DNA from: Kondoa subrosea
Taxonomy: Eukaryota
Direction: 5' to 3'
Assembly: GCA_039545335.1 (NCBI GenBank)
Contig: BCIN01000007.1
Span: 434,001-498,000, forward strand
DNA length: 64,000 nt
Translations under genes and position numbers: made by a program
The notes under the pieces: model-generated
Seen by the model: the letters and a program-made list of their open reading frames with translations, nothing else
What the model was told of the DNA's origin: nothing
Database searches by the model: none
Shown here: in pieces, positions 28,001-39,981 of the stretch
How positions within the stretch are numbered: the stretch's first letter is position 1
Layout: the number at the start of each line of letters is the position of its first letter

Positions 28001-28935
28001 CCCGCCTTGCTTCTTATCCGACTTTTCTTGCTGCTTGATTTTGGCTAATTGATTCTTAGCTGCTTTTCTCATCAACGCCGTTTCCGCTTGTTCTAAAACT
28101 TTGCAAGCTTTCACTTGTCGATCGTATAAACCTGAAATTTCTTTCCCAATATCTCTAGTTAACCAGATTTGAGCTGCTCCACCAGGTAGATATTCTGCTA
28201 GTTTTTGTAGTGCTCGAGTATGACGAAATTCAGGTGGTAAACCAGTAACGAGGACTGTCTTGGATTGAGCTAATGCTGTATGTTCTTTGGACGAGAGGAA
28301 TTGATGGCGTAGACGAATGAAGTTGCCGTATTCTCTGTTGATCAGGTAGAATACCCAGACTGATTGCATATTCAGCACTATCTTGACATTGCAGTCACGG
28401 ATCTTACATGTGAAGATGTATACCAGAATAATATGTGCAGCATATCTTGATTGATTGTTTAGACCAACATCTGCCAAGTAAAAGATGAGGAACTGCTTTA
28501 TTGTGCTGGACAGACACCGAGCGTACTGCCAAAAGTATAGATATATAAGCCCTGCAGAGTTCCACCACTATTGCTCGAGTTGACAGGAAGCAGAATAATC
28601 CAAGAGATGACCCAGAAAGGTACAAAGATCCAGAGCATCATGTACAAGAATTGCAGGAACAAATAAGCGTCCAAGCCGTTCTTGTACATGATCTGTTGTC
28701 TGTCCGCTTGATATATAGTAACGATCCATCGCCATAATGAATTCGGTAGAGGCTCCACTCGATCTTTGATGAGTGCAGGCAAGTAAGTCCGAGGTTGATA
28801 GATGTTTCGAATCCAGCGAAAGAGAACAGCAAAGGCGCTGACTTCAACAGCAAAGATGATCAAGTTGGTGATGAGAGCTGTAGTGAAAGTCTGTGTCGAC
28901 ACGCTTTTCACAGCTGACTGGTCTGTGATTGACAT
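25098..28935 (-). CDS. OSCA/TMEM63/CSC1 (RSN1/DUF221) calcium-permeable stress-gated channel
   Basis: IYQPRTYL, NGLDAYLFLQFL, ILLPVN, SKTVLVTGLP, KVDSIEW, SAFIEF, GILQGVLPP, GLAYSIIAPLI, FVGLYIEE and IWIPDDTLG. Confidence 0.93.
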
Positions 28936-29157
28936 TTTTGAAGGAAATCGCGCTCAGACTGTCGAATGGGGAAGCAAACTTCTAGTTGTACACCATAGAG
29001 CAAAGTCAGGTATCTTTCAGACTGTGGTATGCACTCTCAGGCAAGACTGTGGTGGAAGAAAGAAAGAAAAACAATAATGCAATCATTCGCAAAAGTGGGC
29101 TTCGGGCGCGATGTCATCGAAACCTTTGGCGCAACTCTAGAATAGTACAGGTAGGAT

Positions 29158-29906
29158 TCACTTTACCATAGCATACAGTTGCGGATTTCGGATCTCCCTC
29201 TCTTGGTGCCCATTCTTAGCCAGAAGAATCATAGCGCTTGCCAGCTGTTCTCGAGAGATCGTCAAGGATTTGCCGAACAGCATTTGCTTCCAGATACTGT
29301 CCGTGACGAATGCGACATTGATGGTATAGATCTCCATCTCTGTTGAAGCAGACTTGAATAAGGTATTCTGCCATTGACCCTATCAATCTTACACATTAGC
29401 TTTGAATGCAATATTGGGACAAAGGACTACTTACCAAAGCCTTTCGCATATCACTCAGGAACCACAAAGATGCTTCCTGATTCCTTTCTACCAGAAATCC
29501 GCCAATAAGAAGGAACCGAAATGGTTTTGTACGAGTTTGGACATGTGGAAGAAGAGAGTTGACAAAGGCGAGAGGGTAAGAGCTCAAAACTCGTTCTTTG
29601 TCTTCCCTGCTGGCTTTCGTATCTGCCCCGTTTCCAATACACCTGTCATTGCAAATCAGCATATATATCAAAACCAATGCAGACTGGAGCTTACCAGATT
29701 GCAGCGTCATATTCCGCGAATTGTTGCAGTTCGACGTCGGTATATGATAAGAAATCAGTCTTGACGAATGTCTTGAGTTTAGATGATGTGGTACTTAAAG
29801 CTCGACGAGATAGTGCGAGCACCGAAGTGATCTCTGGATCGGCTAGTAGACTGTCGAGAGCTCCAGTACCAATGAACCCATTAGCACCGGTCAGAATGAC
29901 TTTCAT
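29158..29906 (-). CDS. NAD(P)-binding Rossmann-fold protein (atypical SDR / epimerase-like)
   Basis: MKVILTGANGFIG, ALSRR, DFLSY and YDAAIW|CIG. Two introns. Confidence 0.85.
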
Positions 29907-30240
29907 AATAATCCGAATGGCAGATGAAGAAACACATAAGAGGCGGATTTGATGTAGACAGGGTGATGTATAGGCAAATCTTGGTCACCGACAAAAGATG
30001 TCGAAAGATTGAAACCGAGGCCGAGGTGAAATGAGTCAGCAAGAGGGAGAGATGAGTCATCGCGATGAAAAGGGAAAGCTGGCGAAGCCAGAGACGCAAC
30101 GTTCCAGCAGTCATCGTTGAGGGGTATAAGTAGTCGCTACATGCTACCAAATAGGTGACTGGTGGCAGAAAAAGGTTCCGATTCAATCAATCGGCGATGC
30201 GGCGAAAAAATATACTTTGCCCTTCCTTTCGGTGTGTATT

Positions 30241-31457
30241 TCATGTATATTTGCTCAATGCAGCACCAAGTAAGGCAGTGGCCAAAGCGGATACAAAGTT
30301 GACCTGGTTTTTATGGTCAACAAATCTAGAACAAGCTGAAACTCAAAAAGCCTACTCCATTGTTGGATAATATGTCTCTTCCCGTACGAATCGCACCAGG
30401 CTGATCCTTATGCACTATCTTCTTGAGAGTCGGGGAGTAGAGAGAAATTTGCATCGTGGCTCCCAGAATCGAGTCCAGCTGCAGTGCAAAAGCTTACTTG
30501 AGTTCTTGTCGGATGCTTTGACCAAGACAGAGACTTACAACAGAGCCAAATAAACCGCAAAATGATGCGATGGCTATTATCTTAAGCCCAAATACCAAAT
30601 CCATCGTGCGACAAGCAGAATTCTCGATCAATTGTTCAACTATTGTGACGAATCCAATGAAAGTACCGCCTAATAGTGAGAGCAGCAGTCCGAGAGGTGA
30701 GATGCCTTGTCAATCAACGAGAAGTGAGCATTTACTGGCGACAGCAAACCTTTGCTCACCGCCGTTTGTTCCCTTTGGCACAGCTTCAAACGAAGTGATA
30801 AGAAGTGGTTGAGATCTAGATAGTATGCCAAGCTCCGATGCACTAGACAGATCGAGAGAGTAAATAGCATGCACCTAGCAGCGGAGGCTAGGCATACAGT
30901 GTCTGTAATTCACGTCAGCTTTTCATACAGATAGAAGTAGATGATTTACATCACCCATACAGCAAGAGAAGAACCTGCACGGAGTAAGAGCAGCCCGAAG
31001 AGGACGGAAGGGAAACTCACGCCATTGAAGTGACCGCGAGCGATTTAGAGTCGGTTGGCCGTATCAAAGGGCAATCATAACTTTGTAAGATCGAAGAACT
31101 CCATAGAAGACTGCAAATCAAGCCTATCCACCCATTGCATAGTACTTGAATTGCGTTTCTGTTACCTGCAGCTTGAGCCGGTGCATCCTCAAGTGTAGCC
31201 TTCACAGCTGCTTTGACTTTGGTTGCTCGAGATCCGACGAAATAGAAGACTAGTAGCTGGATGCCGAAAATACGAGTAGTATGGGCGAGCGCTAATGACA
31301 TGATCACTCAGATCAGACAGCTACATGCGATTCCCAAGAACGCACTAAAATAGCCAAGAAGAGCTGCTGCTATAGCGCCCGACCAGTTCAAAGATCCTTT
31401 ACGATATCCGTGAGCGCCCAAGGCAGTCGCAAGAGCGAGGGTATATGGGTATATCAT
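30241..31457 (-). CDS. TMEM19 / DUF92 membrane protein
   Basis: HGYRKGSLNWSGA, FYFVGSRATKVK, RNAIQVLCNG, ELGIL, VPKGTNGGE, DSILGATMQ and QVNFVS. Confidence 0.92.
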
Positions 31458-31511
31458 GGTTTGCGAGGAAGCTTATCTTACGTAATATGCTCGAGCGTCT
31501 CGTACAGGTGA
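31456..31511. repeat. 56-bp direct repeat, copy 1 (overlaps the TMEM19 start and 5' flank)
   Basis: atggtttgcgaggaagcttatcttacgtaatatgctcgagcgtctcgtacaggtga has 4 mismatches to 32705-32760. Confidence 0.92.
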
Positions 31512-31584
31512 CATATAGATGACAAAGTCTGTACAGTACAGCGAATCAAATGTACAAAGTGGAAAGCAATTGTCACTCATACTC

Positions 31585-32501
31585 CTAGCTAATCCGGGTG
31601 CAAATGGCTGACTGAGCGCCATGCCAGGAGAAAGAGGGAAAGAGATGACCAACTATTACAATCCCTCGCTTATTGCGGAAGAATATCGCCAAAGAACGGG
31701 GAAAATCTGAAGACAGGTTGTCAATACTCAATATTTCATCGGCAATGTGAAAGGCGTGCGCTACAACTCTCCAGCATTCAATGTACCCCACTGCCTTCTC
31801 TTGACCAAAGGCTGGACACTGTCGTGATGTAAAGCAGCTCAAGAAAAGACCTTTCAGTTTCGTCTTCGAGAAGTGTAGGTAGATCAGAGGGCAGAAATGT
31901 CGCTGTAGGTACATCGGGAGTTGAGAGCAGAGAAGAAGTGATACTGCTTGCGATTGATTTTTCAGGACCGGCCGACAGAGTTCTTGCTCGAGAACCTTCA
32001 TGTCTATCGATCAACTGTGACACATTTCCTGAAAGAAGAGTTAATAAAAGAGTACTGGATTGCATGAAGCTGTGAATACCTGAAAGTGACTTGACGTGTT
32101 CATCTGCCACTATACAAGAAGCTCGTCAGGTCTTGAATCGAAACTAGCTGAAGAAATAACATACGCAAAATCAACTCCGCGGCGAACTTGCCAGTCAGAG
32201 AATCGCTTCCATACGCTTGTTGAATATAAGTCCAAGCCGTAGCTGAGGCAGGTCTCAATCGCTCCAAATTTACCGCCAATTCCCTCAACCTGGCTTCATT
32301 CTCCTGATCAACATCCACGTCCTTTACATTATCAAAGACCCAGTTGACATAGTTCGCCAAAGCGCCTCTGACAGGCAGCTCTCCAGTTCTGTAGGTAAAG
32401 ATAGCAGAAGAAGGCCACATATGCAGGCTCCTAGTGAATGTGCTCCAGATTTGATAATCGCCATTCGGGAGGCGTTCTACCATCTTAAAGCGAGAAGCCA
32501 T
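31585..32501 (-). CDS. Orphan hypothetical protein (about 3 exons) lying between the direct repeats
   Basis: Three ORF blocks (32100-32501, 31778-32110, 31585-32001) can be joined by GT-AG introns of about 55 nt. No recognisable motif. Confidence 0.55.
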
Positions 32502-32704
32502 GGGCGAAAAGAGCCAGGTAAAAGAAAAGAACAGAGCGTGATCCTGATTCCGGTAGCGGACTAGTCACAAAACTAGATCAAACAAAGGTCCATGGATACG
32601 GAATTGAGAGGTTGGTATATGATGGCTGCAGCGCGTGGTCGAGCTGCAAAGTGATGGAAGCTTGTATATTCGGTTTCTTATGGTGGTATATACGATATCA
32701 TATG

Positions 32705-32760
32705 ATGGTTTGCGAAGAAGCTTATCTTACGTAATATAGTCGAGCGTCTCGTATAGGTGA
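32705..32760. repeat. 56-bp direct repeat, copy 2
   Basis: atggtttgcgaagaagcttatcttacgtaatatagtcgagcgtctcgtataggtga. Both copies keep the palindrome TTACGTAA. Confidence 0.92.
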
Positions 32761-32843
32761 AGCAGAGCAAACACATCAGGTCAGACCCTAAATACAGGCA
32801 GCTCTGCTAACAACCTCTTCTCGTTCACTCTTCGCCAGTCTCT

Positions 32844-34556
32844 TCAAATACCTATCTTCTTCCAAAACCAATCCGCCCAAGTCGCCTTTTGTTGATGCTT
32901 ATGTGCCTGCTGCACTTCTGGCTTAGCATATAGACCTCCAGACAGTGCTCGAGGGATCTTCGTCTTCTTGCTTTGCTCGTAAAGAACGTCGAAGTGATGC
33001 TTCAGCTGGATGTACTGCTCTTGATTTGGTACCGGCTCAAACCAGATCTGATAATGCACCGACGTATGAAAGCTACCGAATTTGATATAGTTATCGATCT
33101 GCTGAAAATCAGCTATCAGCTAATGTATCGACATAGTGAAGAAAAGATTATGACCTGGTAGTTGCTTTTTTCAAACTTCAATGTCTTCTCTAAGATATCC
33201 CGACAGCTCCGATCACCAGCAGCTGCTTCAGCTGAGCGCACGTTTGAGCTTTTGACGGCACAACGAGAAAGCAGAAAGCGCACTGTACACTGTACGCATT
33301 CTTGTTTCTCCTAAATTTGCATTTGCTGAACAAAGCATGTTCCAGACATTCTGTACTACATCACTTTGCACAATTTGATCGGGCAGATACAAGGTGAAAT
33401 AGCCGCTGCTGAATGTAGAGAAGGATCATACGAACAACTTGAGTTCCGAGCTCAGCAAATAACAGGGGTGAGGCTCACACTACCGTTTTTCCAGACAGTA
33501 CACCATATCTCAAGAAGTTTGTCCAGCCAACCATAGTTTTTGATGCGTTGTCCCAGACAACAACGCAAGGAGATTGGCTTAATAGCATTCTGTCGACAGC
33601 TCTTTGGCCGAAGCCTGTAAGTACATGCGTTGCCCGACGTGGCCATAGCTCAGTAGTTGCCAAATATTCTGTGATGTCTTGAATGGCAGAACCGTCGGAA
33701 GACATGACATATCGATATCGCAAATTTTTGACATCAATCTTGCTTATGATAGATTCAAAGTGAGTTTTATTCGGGCAATCAGGCGGCCAACCTTGGTCTG
33801 AAACATCAGGTCTTGGCTGTTGCGTAATTTGAGAACAGCTCAATAATCGATAGGCAGAAACTTACAGCAAGCAACTTCTCGAAGTAAATAAGGTCTTGCA
33901 ATGCTTCCGTATGCTCGTTATAGTAGGATGCATTGATTTTGCCGGTCATCTGAAATCCAGCTTTGATGCACGCATTGATTGAGGCGGTATTAGTTCCTGC
34001 TGTTTTGGCTGGTGTCAATTCAGCATTGACTAAGTACTTCATCATAAATCCGTAGCTCACCGCTAATTACTCTAACAGGTTTTTCGATCGTGAAGGGATG
34101 GGCCAGTAAGGCTTTCCAAAGCTTCGTGGCTACTGAATTCCTTTGAGCTAACGGAGCAACTATGATCTGCACTTCCACAGCGCTGGCGTACTTTGCATGT
34201 CAGCCTCATGCTTGTCATAGAGAAAAAGACACTAACTGATGATTCTCAACTGTTGCATCTTCAGGAATCAAGCAAGCAAAGCCACCAAGTACCTCATTCT
34301 GAAGTATAGCGACCAAGAAAGGGAATCCGTGTTGTTTGAGAAGCTTTTCTGAAGATATCAAAAAGAGGAAGGATCAGCAGAAAGCGTCGGTGCTTTACAC
34401 GCTCTTTGACATACGACGTTCGAGATATATGCTCGCTCGCAAAAGAGCTTGAATATCGCCCTTGCAGTCTGGACGACTCGCAACACATGCAGTGTAAACA
34501 TCGCGAATAGCTTGCTCGTCGGCGTCTTGTACTTCTCTGATAAATACATTGGACAT
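32844..34556 (-). CDS. Tandem double GNAT N-acetyltransferase (PAT/YncA-like)
   Basis: Domain 1: IREVQDADEQAIRDVY...GFPFLVAILQNEVLGGFA...AQRNSVATKL...NTASINACIKAGF..G...DLIYFEKLL. A phase-0 intron joins it to domain 2: PCVVVWD...VGWTNF...FTLYL...LEKTLKF...IKFGSFH. Confidence 0.75.
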
Positions 34557-34912
34557 GGTTCCAAGAAATTCGGTCAAAAGGCTAAAAAGGCCAGATAAGA
34601 GAGCGAGATACATCAAGTCAACCCGTCACATCACTTTGTACGGCATAGCCCAATGATAGACGAGTCGGTACAAGATACAGCCTAGTCTTCTGCATTCGTC
34701 ACAGCGTTGGTGCGGGCACAGTACAACGCAGTAAAAGGAAAGAGAAGGGCCAGAATATATTGACGGCACAGCTGAGTACAGCAATTGTCGACCGAGTTGG
34801 AGACCGATAATACATCGATACAGAAGGCATTAGTAAGGGATGAAAGTAGCGAGTGGCTGCCTGGGGCAGAGAGAGAGATTTCGCATTTCGACCTCGAGCG
34901 ACAGAGACCATC

Positions 34913-36969
34913 ATGTCATTTCTTTTCAATGGCGGACCAGACTGTGGCCCTGTGAACCCTCTAGCACAAGCTCTGAAGGGCTTCAACCAAGATTCTTCAG
35001 CACAGCGCGATTTCGTTTCTTCACGTGCTTCGAATCCAGTTGCTGGACCTTCCAACTTTCGTCAGCAACAACAGCAGCAGCCTCAGCAAGCAGGTGCAGG
35101 TACTCAGAATGAAGCAGATCAATTCTTTGCAAGACAGAATGGGCCCGCTTTCGATCTGAGAGACGTCAGGCAGCAATTGAATGATGCAGCACAGTATGCA
35201 GGTGAATCAGGCAATGTAGCATTTATTATACATGTCGCTGATATAGCTTCAGACTGGGATAGACGCTTCTCGGCACCTCAACACGACAATATCCCACAAG
35301 CAATGGCTAATGCAAGTAAGCGCTTCTTCCTGCCTGAAACTATTCGCATACCGATAGTCTTCTAGTGCCCAGAGAAGCATGGGCAAAAGATTTCAATTCC
35401 AGTCAACCTGCTCCTCAAGGTTATGCATCTCAATCCACCCAGGTTAACTATCAACCTCGCTTGGGTCTAGGGAATCGTTCATTCGGAATGATGCCTTCTA
35501 CTTTCTCTTCCTATGCGTCTATGCCAGTCGAAACGCTAGATAAGAATAAAGGACGCTTTGTCGAGTTAAGCGAAGATCAATGGGCTGAAGAGTTTGCCAA
35601 AATCTCTACTGCCGATCAACAAGATCTCGTTAATGTCGTTCCACCTACTGAAAGAGAAGTTGAAGGGCAAGAAGAAGATGAAGATCGATTGAAAGATGAA
35701 ATTGATGCTACGTGGAGAAATCTGTCCAAACATATGGATGACACTGCTGCTATGGATAAAGAAATGGCTCAATGGGAAGCTCAGTTTGGTGCTTCGTTGA
35801 ATGATGAAGATACGTATGAAGAAATGCAAAGACCTCTTGATACTTTCGATCTGGAGAAGATGATTAATGAACAGAAAGAATATACTTATGAGCAAAACAA
35901 CCCTTTCAACGATACTGCTGATCCGTTCGAAGAGGGCAAGAGGTTGCTAGCTGCCGGTGCTCCTTTATCGCATGTTGAATTGGCTTTCGAAGAAGCTTGC
36001 AAGCGGGATGAACACCGAGCTGAAGCTTGGCTGGCACTGGGAGATACTCTAGCTGCGGATGAGAAGGAATTGCAGAGTATTCAAGCGCTGGAAAGAGCTG
36101 TTGCTTGTCCTGGAAGAGGTGGTGAAAGTGCTTGGCTGGTTAGTCACTGACTGTGTCTGCTCCTTTTCTGGCTAATTGCTTAACCGGTCTGACAGAGTCT
36201 TGCTATCGCATACATCAACGAAGGATACGACTCTCGCGCTCTCAGTGTTCTAGAGCAATGGATTCAACGCTGCTACCCTGATTCTTTCTCTCCTTTGTCT
36301 AATCAGCAGCTCGATCCAAAGAATCCTTGGGCTGGTCAACAACGTGTTACAGATATGTTCCTCAATGCTGCTAGAGCTGGTCCATCTGCTCGAAGAAACG
36401 AAGGCGAAGCTCAGATGGGTCAAATTGATGCGGATGTGCAAGTCGGTCTAGGCGTACTCTTTTATGGCAATTCGGATTACAGCTTTGCCAAGGACTGCTT
36501 CGAAGCTGCTTTAAGTCAAAGGCCAAAGGTAGCGTGCTTTGTCTTTGGGTGGTTTAGCATGACTGATGTAATTGCAGGACTGGATTCTATGGAATCGTCT
36601 AGGCGCTACCTTGGCCAATGGAGGACATCCAGAAGAAGCAATTTCAGCCTATCGAACAGCCTTAGATCTCCGACCTAATTTCCCTCGATCGCTGTACAAC
36701 TTAGCCGTGAGCTGTTTGAACATCAATTGTTTCAAAGAAGCCGCAGAACATTTGTTGGCTGCTATTGAATTGCAAGGCACACAAGGAACAGGTCCAGGAA
36801 GTGATAATCTCTGGTCTACACTCAGAAGATCATTCTTTTGCATGGTAAGAGTCTTCTCCGTTTGTGATAAAGATACATTGAGCTGATCATGCCACAGGAC
36901 CGACCGGATCTTGCGGAACAAGCTGTCGCTGGTGGAAACATCCAGGCTCTGAAGACTGCTCTAGCATAG
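34913..36969 (+). CDS. PEX5: Peroxisomal targeting signal 1 receptor
   Basis: N-terminal conserved Cys (DCGPVNPL), WxxxF motifs (WAKDF, WAEEF, WEAQF) and TPR repeats (DADVQVGLGVLF, LWNRLGATLANG). Confidence 0.96.
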
Positions 36970-37038
36970 CCTTTTTGTAACACTTGAATAGCATCTGAGA
37001 CAATTGAGTGTGAATTACAATGTTTTCCTGTCTCAAGC

Positions 37039-37947
37039 ATGACTTCGATACCCAAGAGCAGAGGGAGTATACCCGTTGAAGACTATATTCAGGAAGCGCT
37101 GTGCAGCTCCATGCACGAGTTGGACGTTGATGACACAACCATTCTACGGAGAGCAGCAAGTGAAAGTGAAATACCGACTGCGAGGCCGCAAGTGAAAGTG
37201 CAGCGACTTCAAGCTGGGTCTAAATTGGTATTGGACGATAGCAGTGAGGACTCAGATGAGCTAGACATGGCGAGCGATGTTCGTCATTCAGCACACCTGA
37301 CCCTCTTTACTTATAAAGCTGAGAATGCCTCAAGGTAGAAACTCGACGGTCTTACAGTCGACCTTCTTCTATTAGATCTGCTCAATCTTCTGCTCGCGGG
37401 ATCAGAATAGAGAACAGGTCGGATTCCGACTGTGTTGTATTTGTGCAAGAAGTGAATTGTCTTTTCTACACTGTACGAATGAGTCTCAAGGACTTGTACT
37501 AGGTCACTATACCGGACTCCATCACCGTTGGCGAGAAGAGTCGAGCTTATACAGTATACAAGATCATCTGCAAGACTTCTCAAGTAAGCCAAACTGATAG
37601 CTTAGCTTTGTCAAGCTCATGGTTCACGTCAGGGAACTATTATAACCTCTTTCAAACGCTACTCTTCCTTTGTTCGATTGCGAAGACAGCTCTCGGCTGC
37701 TTTCCCATTATTAAGGGGGACGTATCTCATTCCAGCTTTACCAAAGAAATCTACTTTCTGTAAGTTTGACTAGGAATGAAACTTATGCAACTTTGCTGAT
37801 GAGTACGGTGTTTAAGCCAAATTCAAGACATCGTTTCTAGCTCAGCGAAGGAAAACTTTAGCTTTCTGGTTATCTTCAATCTTGCTCCATCCAGTAATAG
37901 GATGTTCGCCTTTGCTCAAAGTATGGCTACTAGACTCAGAGCATTAG
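37039..37947 (+). CDS. PX-domain protein (Ypt35-like)
   Basis: Spliced C-terminus reads AYTVYKIIC...KRYSSFVRLRRQL...IPALPKK...FLAQRRKTLAFWLSSILLHP. Confidence 0.85.
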
Positions 37948-38563
37948 CGGTATCGCTGTTGTCAGAGCCATTGGGACAAAGAAATGTCAAGCTGCAAATA
38001 CCTTCGAACAGAAAAGCAAGCAAGTTCGCACCACACCTCTTCGGACGTATGATAAATCCTATCAGCTGGAACATATGGCAAGACTTATCTAGTTACTTCA
38101 TCACTTCCTTACTTACAAGAAAGAATGCAAGCGATATCGAGATGCTGCTCGATAGCATTCAAGGATCCCATTTGCAGCTTGAAAAGTACTTCAATAATGC
38201 AACGGGATCGCTAGTTCTGGTGCAGCATGTGCTTGAAGTGTTGGCAATAGAGAATGTTAGGTAGAGCGGAACAGGAAAGCATGGCAAAGCTTCTTGTAAA
38301 ATATCTGCAGGTAGGCTCCCTTCAGCTGTTCATTATCTTGGTACTTATCATAAGTTCTTCATTCAGAAACACACTTTGGCTCTTATTTAATGGAATATTG
38401 GCATGAGCTGGAATTCACGTCGTTTGGTCATACCTCTAAGAAACGCTGTTCAGAGGGCAACAGGAGGTAGATCACAGCACAGTAGTATGATTATAGCGCA
38501 TATGCGGCAGGACAATTGTACTTCTAAATGTTATGTACCCGACCTTTTCTTCCGCAAACCAGC

Positions 38564-39223
38564 ATGTCTAGCAAGAAATCTATGACAGACAAGAAGGGCA
38601 AAAAGTCTACTGTCACACTGAAAACTAAAGCTACCGATGAAATCGATTCCATCTTTGCTGGCAATCCTACAGCTTCAACATCGACAACAACTTTAGGTGA
38701 ATTGAGTGCAGCTGTAAAGAAAGCAAAGAAAAAGAAGCGCAAGCACGCGGACAGTAATAAGGATCAAGAGCTGGTAGAAGAGGAGGAAAAGCAGCAGATA
38801 CCGAAAGCGAAGAAAGCGAAAGTTGTTGAAGTTGTGGATATGTCGAATAGCTTGAGCAAGGAAGTCAAGCAGCAGCCTCAGCCTGAAGACGTAGATGACT
38901 TAGTAGATTCAAGAGGGAATAAGCGTAAGTCTGTTCAAACAGCTGGATTGCAGAGCTGAATCATCGAGGCAGGGCGGAGAACTGACGATGGATTACCTAT
39001 TTACGATGTGTCGGAGCTTAATATAGGGCTAGGGAAAGGTAAGTCATCTCTATGATGCGCTCTACTGTCGCTGATCGCTTTCGGTAGGTATTTGAGTTTA
39101 CTTCGAGCGGTTCTGCAAGCTGACTGAATCTCGTAGATACGCCGGACTGTCCATTTGATTGCGATTGCTGTGAGTCTTTCAATACAGCGCCTGAATTCTC
39201 TGACACAGTTGATAGGCTTCTAG
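38564..39223 (+). CDS. DUF1764 family protein
   Basis: Lys-rich N-terminus, DEIDSIF, DSRG..RRTDDGLPIY and the C-terminal DTPDCPFDCDCCF* signature. Confidence 0.9.
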
Positions 39224-39451
39224 CTATTGCCCAACCTCTACAGTAACAGATCTCTGCTTTCTCGAATATTCTTCCTCCCGCGATTGCTTATAATGCTTGT
39301 TGGCGATCGACTGCTAGACTCTTCTGAAGAATACTGCTTGATGCCTCTGAGTAAGAGCAGAGGTTTGACTCTTTGTACAATCCGTAGACGGCAAGGCCAC
39401 AACGCTTAAATCTTAGCTGTTCAGCTTTGCGCATTATCTGCAGTACAAAGT

Positions 39452-39821
39452 ATGGGAAGAGACGCGAGTGACGCGAGTGACCCAAAGTGGCACGACACAT
39501 TGGCCGTCATTGCCCAAAGGTGTCAAGAAGCACAAGCTTATCTTGCCCGTCACCTTGTGCCAGTCAGATCCCCTTTGTTTATATCTTCAGCTCTGTTTTG
39601 CTCAATCCAATCTCAAGGCTTGCTGGACCGTCTGCGATGATTTCTCCAGTTCTTATTTCGCTGCTTGGATATGTCGATTGGTAGGAAATTAAATCTAGTT
39701 TTGCTCGCCCTCAGCTAAGCCTTCAGTCAAACAGAAAATCCTCGAAACAATATGTTCTCGCAACTGTGCCTTCGCCGCATTGCAACAATGCCTTACTCAG
39801 CTTGAGGAAGAGATCAAGTAG
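39452..39821 (+). CDS. Possible small (about 86 aa) three-exon hypothetical protein
   Basis: MGRDASD...HLVP|ACWTVCDD...WICRL|KILETICSRNC...EEIK* joins in frame via two GT-AG introns of about 50 nt. No homology recognised. Confidence 0.35.
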
Positions 39822-39981
39822 TCAATTGCGAAGTTCTCTTCTGTTCAGTTCCCCTTGTTGACGTGAGAAGACGTTTTTGACGGCTTCTGAACGCTCTTCA
39901 TCTGAATGATCTTCAAGCCTGCTACCTCTCTCTTCCTGTCTCACTGATATTCTTCAATCTCCCTCCAGCAAATTGTTTGTT

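Noticed and set aside
37950..38560. ORF 37902-38264 and minus-strand fragments
   Set aside because: It overlaps the PX gene end in another frame, and no coherent spliced model or motif was found.
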